From an uncultured Spirochaetaceae bacterium (GTDB taxonomy: Bacteria; Spirochaetota; Spirochaetia; DSM-27196; PWMO01): DNA of 59,183 nucleotides. Under the pieces are notes generated by a model. That model did no database searches and was not told where the DNA came from. It worked only from the letters and a program-made list of their open reading frames with translations. Positions 53,219 through 59,183 of the stretch are shown piece by piece. Location: contig CAYPTH010000003.1 in the NCBI GenBank assembly GCA_964413635.1, positions 5,203 to 64,385 on the forward strand. The letters run 5' to 3'. The translations under genes and the position numbers were made by a program. Within the stretch, counting starts at the first letter, position 1. Each line of letters begins with the position of its first letter.

Positions 53219-54840
53219 AGTTTCCTCCGTATCACGCGTCGAAATTCCTCCACTCGCAGCAGCACCAGCATTCCTCCGACCAGCGCCAGCGAGACTATAC
53301 CGACAATGCTCAAACGGCCCAAGTTCGCCCAACTACTGCCTTCCCTCCACCACGCGCCGAGTGCATTGCGGTACCACAACACAAAGAGAATCGTCGGCAC
53401 GCAGGCAGTGACCGTTTTCGCCAACGTTCCAAAGATACCACGGACGTCGAGCCCGTTCATTTCCCGGTACGCCGCAACCGTCAGCATGATCACCCCAATG
53501 GAGAAGGCAATCGAATTGGCCAGAGACAGTCCCACTACTCGGAGCGCCGTCTCCTTCAACCATATTGAGAACGCAACGTCCAAGACGACGGTAATCGCGG
53601 CAGCGAACAAGGGTACACGGTAATTGTCCCGCGCATAGAAGAAGCGCTGCAGAAAGTTGAAGGCCCCAACACTGAACAGGCCAATACAGTAGCCGGCAAG
53701 CACCTGACCGGCGAGCACCGTGTGCTGTACCTCAAAGGCCCCCCGCTGCAACGCCACCGATATTGTTTCTGTTCCGATCATCCCAAGGATAACACCCGCC
53801 GGCACCAGCAATACAAGCAGATAGCGCAGCCCGAAGGTCACCGACTCTCGCAAGCCCTCGATCTCCCCGGCAGCTGACTGCCTGCTCATCCGCGGGAAGA
53901 GAACCGTTGTGACGGATGCCGCGAATATCCCGAAGGGCAGTTGAAAGAACGTAAGCGCATTCGTCATTGCCGAGCTGCTTCCGTTCTCCAAGCCACTGGC
54001 AAAAAACAGCGCAACCTGTTGATTCACCGTGAATATCGACGCCGTGGCCACCACCGGCAGCCACTGGCGCAAGACGCGTCGGACCAGAGGGTCGGCGAAA
54101 TTGAAGCGCGGCACAATGGCGTAACCAAGCTTGACCAGCAAGGGAACCTGCACGAGGATCTGGATCACTCCGCCGGCAAGGACCCCAACTGCCATGGAGA
54201 AAACCCCCATTCGATCGTGCAGCAGGAGAATGGCCGGAATCACGGCGACCGAAAACAGAATTGGGGTAAGCGCAGGTACCAAAAAGCGATTGTGGGCATG
54301 AATGGTGCCCATGAAGAGGGCACTCACACTTATCAAGAGTACGTAGTGTATCAGGCGTTTAAACAAGGCCGACGAGAGAAGCTGCCGTTCCACTTCCGGA
54401 AAGTCGAGAATCGTGTTTACGATCTCCAGGCTGAACACAACCGAAAGAACCAGAATAGGCACCAAGACCACCAGCTGGAAACCGAGGATGCCCGAGAACA
54501 CCCGCCGAGCATCCCGCTGAGAGGGATCGCGAACCAAACTGGAAGAGAGCGTTGGAATAAAGGCCGATGACAGCGCTCCCTCCGCCATGAGCTTGCGAAG
54601 ATTATTGGGAATGTTGAACACGACGTTCAGTACGTCCGCTTCGCCGGAGGCACCAAAAACGGCGCCAATGACGGCGATCCGGGCGAAGCCGAGAAGCCGG
54701 GATACAAAGGTAGCCCCCATGACCACGAGGGTGGACAGGACACTCTTCGAGAGCTTTGGATTACTCGCCGGCGTTGTAGGTGTAGAGGAAGTCTCGCTCG
54801 AATTCTCCAAAGGAGTCCTCTCGAATTGACGTCGCAACAT
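53215..54840 (-). CDS. murJ: lipid II flippase MurJ
   Basis: LSTLVVMGATFVSRLLGFARIAVIGAVFGASGEADV matches the MurJ N-terminal signature. The protein is polytopic with about 14 TM segments. The only in-frame start upstream of the signature is the ATG at 54840. Confidence 0.9.
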   Translation of the reverse strand: MLRRQFERTPLENSSETSSTPTTPASNPKLSKSVLSTLVVMGATFVSRLLGFARIAVIGAVFGASGEADVLNVVFNIPNNLRKLMAEGALSSAFIPTLSSSLVRDPSQRDARRVFSGILGFQLVVLVPILVLSVVFSLEIVNTILDFPEVERQLLSSALFKRLIHYVLLISVSALFMGTIHAHNRFLVPALTPILFSVAVIPAILLLHDRMGVFSMAVGVLAGGVIQILVQVPLLVKLGYAIVPRFNFADPLVRRVLRQWLPVVATASIFTVNQQVALFFASGLENGSSSAMTNALTFFQLPFGIFAASVTTVLFPRMSRQSAAGEIEGLRESVTFGLRYLLVLLVPAGVILGMIGTETISVALQRGAFEVQHTVLAGQVLAGYCIGLFSVGAFNFLQRFFYARDNYRVPLFAAAITVVLDVAFSIWLKETALRVVGLSLANSIAFSIGVIMLTVAAYREMNGLDVRGIFGTLAKTVTACVPTILFVLWYRNALGAWWREGSSWANLGRLSIVGIVSLALVGGMLVLLRVEEFRRVIRRKL

Positions 54841-55885
54841 CTCTCATCAATTGTCGGAGAAAATACAGGTTATGTTGCGTGGCAAGCATGGGGCCAAGGA
54901 TCTCACCCGCTTTAAACAGGTGTCGCAGATACGCTCGGGAGAAGTTCCGGCAGGTGTAACAACCGCAGTCCGCCTCGAGGGGGAGCTCAGCATGACGGTG
55001 GACGGCGTTCCGCAGAACCACCCTTCCCCGTCGAGTAAAAACCGTGCCGTTCCTCGCAGCACGAGTCGGGAAAACGCAATCGAACATGTCAAATCCGTGG
55101 CGCACCGCTGCAAATATGTACTCCGGCGTGCCAATTCCCATGACATACCGGGGCTTGTCCGCAGGAAGCCGCGCTCCACCCCACGCCACATACTCCTCGA
55201 AGAGCGGAAAGGGCTCGCCAACGCTCAGACCGCCAACCGCGAACCCCGGGAAGTCGAGGCTACAAATCTCCTCTGCGCTCCGCTCCCGAAGATCTCTGAA
55301 GAAGTTGCCTTGTACAATGCCGAAGAGAGAACCCGGGTAACTATCTTTAATCTCGCTCCAGCTGCGGTACGCCTTTTGTGCCCACATGGTCGTACGTCGG
55401 ACCGCCTCTTCGGCGCTTTTCCACGACTCACCGTAGCCGGTGCACACGTCCAGGGCCATCTGAATATCGCTCCCCAGACGCCGCTGGATATCGACGACAC
55501 CTTCCGGAGTGAGATGGTGTCGACTCCCGTCAATGTGCGATTGGAACTCCACACCTTCGTCTCGAATCTTTCGAAACGGCGCAAGGGAGAAGACCTGATA
55601 TCCGCCGGAATCCGTGAGGATATTGTGAGGCCAGCCGCTGAACTGATGGAGTGACCCGAAGCGCTCAATCACCTCCAAACCCGGACGAAGATACAGGTGA
55701 TAGGTATTTCCCAGGATCAACCGAAATCCAATGTCTCTAACCTCACTCGGCGTAACAGCCTTTACGGTTCCTGCCGTCCCGACCGGCATGAAGGCTGGTG
55801 TCTCAACGGTACCGTGAGGCAAGGCAAGCAGGCCCGTACGTGCGGCGCAGTTGCGGTCCTGATGATCCAGCGTGTAGATTCCCAT
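54761..55885 (-). CDS. tgt: queuine tRNA-ribosyltransferase
   Basis: Motifs FMPVGTAGTVK, LGNTYHLYLRPG, LTDSGGYQVFS, GGLSVGE and the zinc site CGCYTCRNFSRAYLRHL. Confidence 0.95.
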   Translation of the reverse strand: MGIYTLDHQDRNCAARTGLLALPHGTVETPAFMPVGTAGTVKAVTPSEVRDIGFRLILGNTYHLYLRPGLEVIERFGSLHQFSGWPHNILTDSGGYQVFSLAPFRKIRDEGVEFQSHIDGSRHHLTPEGVVDIQRRLGSDIQMALDVCTGYGESWKSAEEAVRRTTMWAQKAYRSWSEIKDSYPGSLFGIVQGNFFRDLRERSAEEICSLDFPGFAVGGLSVGEPFPLFEEYVAWGGARLPADKPRYVMGIGTPEYIFAAVRHGFDMFDCVFPTRAARNGTVFTRRGRVVLRNAVHRHAELPLEADCGCYTCRNFSRAYLRHLFKAGEILGPMLATQHNLYFLRQLMRDVATSIREDSFGEFERDFLYTYNAGE

Positions 55886-55897
55886 GCTTTGCCAACT

Positions 55898-56974
55898 TCA
55901 CGTGCGCGCGCGGCGAAAGAGCAGTACCGATAGGAGCAGAAACGCAACCACCCCAAGCCACGCACCTACAAGTGGCGGTACCACACCCAATGACGCGAAG
56001 AGACTAGAAACCATTCCCAGCACGTAATAGACCACCGCAAGCCCGAGCGAAACGAGCAAGCTCATGAGGAGTACGTTCTTCTTGAAGCGTCCGCCGATTG
56101 CCGCGGAAATAAGTGTTACGACAAGAGGGGTAAGCGCAAAGGAGTAGCGTTCATGATAGTCGGTCAAAAGATCGCGATACGGAAGCCCGGCGCGCCGCAC
56201 CGATTCCACGTACTGCCGTGCCCGGTCGAGGGACATGCTTTCGAGATCCCGGTTCTTTCGTTGGAAGGTCGACGGAGGCGTATTCAGCCCTTCTGGACGA
56301 TACCGGGACAATTCCTCCCGCATTACACTCCCATCCTCTCGGTGCACAAAGCGACGAACGTCGTGAAGAATCCATTGATCTTCGCCCCACTCCGCAAGGT
56401 CGGCGTCGATCCGCTCTTGCAATCTTCCCTGGGGGTCACGAAAAAGAACCACTAGATCGGACAGCTCTTGGTTCGAGTCGTTGTAGTAGCTAGCGTGATA
56501 GATAACCCGCTTGTCATCGCTGAGAACCGATACCTTTGTGTTGTTGTAGGATCGGTTGATATTCAGCATCGACTGGGTAAGCTCAGTCTTCCGCCGGTAG
56601 GTATCAATAACCACCTCTTCCTCGAAGAAGAACGACCCGACGCTCAACAGGATTCCCACCGCAATGAGCGGCGCCGAGAACCGGTACAAGGAAATCCCGG
56701 CACTAAAGACGGCGATCAACTCGTTGTTGCTGTAGTGATTGCCAAGCGTATACGAACACGCGAAGAGGAGCGCGATGGGTAAGGCAAAGGAGATGCTCTT
56801 GGGAACGTATAACAACTGGGCCCGGGCAACCTCCGTCAAGGGCACCTCGAGATCCAAGAATCGGTCGAGATGCGGAAAAAGATCCACGAGCTGCAAGATA
56901 AGCACGAAAAACAGCAAGGACGCGAGAAGAACAGGCACGAGACTGCGGAGAACCATCAGGTCGAGCGTTCTCAT
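55898..56974 (-). CDS. LptF/LptG-family (YjgP/YjgQ) permease
   Basis: The topology is typical: 3 TM segments, a periplasmic beta-jellyroll region, then 3 TM segments. The ATG at 56974 overlaps the upstream stop (ATGA). The track start at 57037 lies inside the upstream gene. Confidence 0.8.
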   Translation of the reverse strand: MRTLDLMVLRSLVPVLLASLLFFVLILQLVDLFPHLDRFLDLEVPLTEVARAQLLYVPKSISFALPIALLFACSYTLGNHYSNNELIAVFSAGISLYRFSAPLIAVGILLSVGSFFFEEEVVIDTYRRKTELTQSMLNINRSYNNTKVSVLSDDKRVIYHASYYNDSNQELSDLVVLFRDPQGRLQERIDADLAEWGEDQWILHDVRRFVHREDGSVMREELSRYRPEGLNTPPSTFQRKNRDLESMSLDRARQYVESVRRAGLPYRDLLTDYHERYSFALTPLVVTLISAAIGGRFKKNVLLMSLLVSLGLAVVYYVLGMVSSLFASLGVVPPLVGAWLGVVAFLLLSVLLFRRART

Positions 56975-58263
56975 TGTGCCTTTTTCCGAAGGAACATTGC
57001 CAATCCTACAAGAACAACCAACACGTCGGGCGCCCACATGGCAACGACCGGGGAAAGCTGAATCTGCCGAGTACCCAGGGTATCACCGGCAATGAGCAGA
57101 CTCCAATAGACCACCGCAACCAACAATCCCAAGCCGAAGCCGACCGCACGCCCACTGCGCCGCGGCACCAGCCCTACCGGAAACGCAAAAAACACGAAAG
57201 CCAAACACGCGAAGGGAATCGAAAACTTTTTGTGCAGCTCCAGCCGATACCGCTGCAAGGATCGGTCCCGCACCTCCTGCCCCGCGAGCTCCCGGTACTC
57301 ACTCAAACTCGCTTGCAGGCGTTCTTCAACGTCGCCGCCGGAAAGAGCCTCGTTCGGCGCAAGAAGGCTCGTGTAGGACTGAAGCAGCTCGTAGTTGGCC
57401 ACGGCAAGCGAGAGCGCACGCGCCCGGCGTCTCTCGGCGAGGGCTTCCTCCTTGGCCTTGATCTCGGTACGCACATCCCGCGAGCTCATGGCCTGCGGCC
57501 CCGGGGTCTGTATAGAGATGGTAATGTCGCGCAGGAGGATGTTGTATATCATCCCCTCAGCCTCGAAGTACTCCTGCTCGCTATTCTCCCCGCCGGCGGT
57601 GTGACTAAAAACATCACTCAAACGGAGGGAAATGACACCGGCCTCCCGTTGATTCTCCACTCGCGCCTCGGACGAGGTGATAACCCTCGGAGCGGCCCCA
57701 TCTTTCCCCTGCTCAATGATTACCAGATCCTCAATTGTCCCGTCGGAGGCGGCACCCGTAATGATCGTGCTATTCTGGTAGGGCTTAACCGAATACGCTT
57801 CCAGCTCAAGCTCCGGATTAGAGGTAATCAGCTCCCGATACAGACGATTCAAGTTGATGTTCCCGAGAGGCAAGAAGTAGTCGTTTATGACGAAGGACAC
57901 CCCTGAAAACAGAATTCCCGCCGCGATCAGAGGAGTAAAGATCTTCTTGAGAGGAACACCGAGAGATCGCATGGCGACGATTTCGCTGTCCGAAGAGAGC
58001 CGTCCCATGGCCATGAGCGCGCCGACCAACGCTCCAAATGGGAACGAAAGCGCGGCCACGAGCGGGAGCGAATACAGAATCAAGCGAAGAACCTCCGGAA
58101 CGCCAACGTTCTTCGACAAGACGTTCTCCGCAAGAAGCAGCATCTGATTGATGATGAAGATAACGAAGAAAAAGAGGAACGCCACCGCGAACGCAAGCAG
58201 GAACTCCTGCAATACGTAGCGATAAATGACCCAATGTCTTCGTCGCCCTAGCACCGCGATCAT
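56971..58263 (-). CDS. LptF/LptG-family (YjgP/YjgQ) permease with enlarged periplasmic/coiled insertion
   Basis: N-terminus MIAVLGRRRHWVIYRYVLQEFLLAFAVAFLFFFVIFIINQ. The ATG at 58263 lies 1 nt after the dut stop. Confidence 0.8.
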   Translation of the reverse strand: MIAVLGRRRHWVIYRYVLQEFLLAFAVAFLFFFVIFIINQMLLLAENVLSKNVGVPEVLRLILYSLPLVAALSFPFGALVGALMAMGRLSSDSEIVAMRSLGVPLKKIFTPLIAAGILFSGVSFVINDYFLPLGNINLNRLYRELITSNPELELEAYSVKPYQNSTIITGAASDGTIEDLVIIEQGKDGAAPRVITSSEARVENQREAGVISLRLSDVFSHTAGGENSEQEYFEAEGMIYNILLRDITISIQTPGPQAMSSRDVRTEIKAKEEALAERRRARALSLAVANYELLQSYTSLLAPNEALSGGDVEERLQASLSEYRELAGQEVRDRSLQRYRLELHKKFSIPFACLAFVFFAFPVGLVPRRSGRAVGFGLGLLVAVVYWSLLIAGDTLGTRQIQLSPVVAMWAPDVLVVLVGLAMFLRKKAQ

Positions 58264-58264
58264 C

Positions 58265-58753
58265 CTACCTGCCGGAGGAACCGAATCCGCCGGCACCCCG
58301 CTGAGTGTCATCCAGGGCGACTCCCGTGAAGGACGCCTGTACCACCGGTGCAATCACCAGTTGGGCAATCCGATCCCCCCTGCTGATCGTGTAGGCCTCC
58401 TCGCCGTGGTTGATCAAGGCCACCTGGACTTCACCGCGATAGTCGGCGTCGATTGTCCCTGGAGCGTTCAGAACGGTGACTCCGCGCTTCACCGCCAGCC
58501 CCGACCTCGGCCTGACTTGCGCCTCGTAACCGGCAGGCAGTCCCAATCGAACACCCGTCGGGACCAAGGCGCGCTCACCCGGTGCAAGCGTAACCTCTTC
58601 ACGGATATGCGCCCGAAGGTCGGCGCCGGCGCTTCCCTCGGATGCATAAGACGGAAAAAAACCATCGGGCGCCTCCATTGGCACCACGATGGTTCTCTGC
58701 CCCTGTCCAGGGTCTGCGGCAATTGCCGATTGATGCGGTTTCTGATCCGCCAT
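58265..58753 (-). CDS. dut: dUTP diphosphatase
   Basis: Motifs [32 protein letters not shown] and [11 protein letters not shown] take the ATG at 58753 (MADQK...). The track start at 58876 overlaps pnp. Confidence 0.9.
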   Translation of the reverse strand: MADQKPHQSAIAADPGQGQRTIVVPMEAPDGFFPSYASEGSAGADLRAHIREEVTLAPGERALVPTGVRLGLPAGYEAQVRPRSGLAVKRGVTVLNAPGTIDADYRGEVQVALINHGEEAYTISRGDRIAQLVIAPVVQASFTGVALDDTQRGAGGFGSSGR

Positions 58754-58769
58754 GAACGTCGACGGCCCG

Positions 58770-59183
58770 CTAGCGATCTCGGTGCTCACGCGACTCCGGC
58801 CGGCGCGAATGACCCCCGCCGTGGCCACCTCGATCACCGTGACCTCGGTCCCGACCGCCTCCGTCCCGAGATCCACCCCGCGACCGCGTCTGCTCCTCGG
58901 TGCTCTTCTCCACCAGCAGGCTCAGATTTACGCGGCCCATCTTGTCGATTTCAATAATCTTCACCGGAACTACCTGATTCATCTGAAGCACATCGCTTAC
59001 CTGACCAATTCGCTCTTCGGACATCTTTGAGATGTGGCAGAGCCCTTCCTTGCCGGGCAAGAACTCAATGAAGGCCCCGAAATCGACAATTCGCCGAACC
59101 ACGCCATCGTACACCTTACCGACTTCCGGCTCCTCGAGGAGCTTCATGAAGTCCTGCTTCGCGTTCTCTCCCTTTTCCGCGTC
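58770..59183 (-). CDS. pnp: polynucleotide phosphorylase, 3' end only (S1 domain plus Arg/Gly-rich tail); the gene continues beyond the right edge
   Basis: The S1 domain is [34 protein letters not shown]...[15 protein letters not shown]. The frame stays open to position 59183 ([18 protein letters not shown]...). Confidence 0.9.
   Translation of the reverse strand, partial: DAEKGENAKQDFMKLLEEPEVGKVYDGVVRRIVDFGAFIEFLPGKEGLCHISKMSEERIGQVSDVLQMNQVVPVKIIEIDKMGRVNLSLLVEKSTEEQTRSRGGSRDGGGRDRGHGDRGGHGGGHSRRPESREHRDR

Overview
This window is a compact, GC-rich and almost entirely coding stretch of core chromosome. It is most consistent with a spirochaete. That placement is an inference from a FlaB-type periplasmic-flagellin core protein starting MIINHN, a roughly 900-aa GreA, and the rpmF-acpP-rnc and cmk-rpsA neighbourhoods. 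I support about 55 CDS, two tRNAs (Thr-UGU, Tyr-GUA) and a type-A RNase P RNA with its own promoter and terminator. I also call a few other promoters, terminators and leader structures.

Gene content is housekeeping:
- coaD, rpmF, acpP, rnc, cca, flaB, thiamine pyrophosphokinase, aroH, map
- dnaG-rpoD
- mreBCD-mrdA-rodA followed by a fused radical-SAM/DUF2344 gene
- mazG, a CHASE2 adenylate cyclase, a GAF-sigma54 activator
- cmk, rpsA, rluB, scpAB, folK, recA, prs, dtd
- long greA, murJ, tgt, two LptF/G-type permeases, dut and the 3' end of pnp

Genes are packed into long co-directional strings with many 4-nt start/stop overlaps: ATGA, GTGA or TGATG at 10572, 23781, 26162, 32273, 53215 and 56971. 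The ORF track shows alternative start codons as M, so I re-derived several starts by hand (flaB, rnc, recA, rodA, dut, lptF/G, rpsA, aroH and others).

I found no transposase, integrase, phage gene, CRISPR array, toxin-antitoxin pair or recognisable defence gene. I did not find a convincing self-contained novel system, and the window reads as ordinary core genome. The best leads are:
- a DnaG whose zinc-ribbon has lost 3 of 4 metal ligands
- a 1357-aa protein with a predicted barrel, 8 Ig-like modules and an OmpA_C domain, which could tether outer membrane to peptidoglycan
- a CHASE2-cyclase / GAF-sigma54-activator neighbourhood
- a flagellin leader with CsrA-site architecture
- an uncharacterised three-gene envelope operon ending in dtd
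- several uncharacterised conserved genes tightly coupled to housekeeping genes

All functional calls come from motif recognition by eye; no searches were run.
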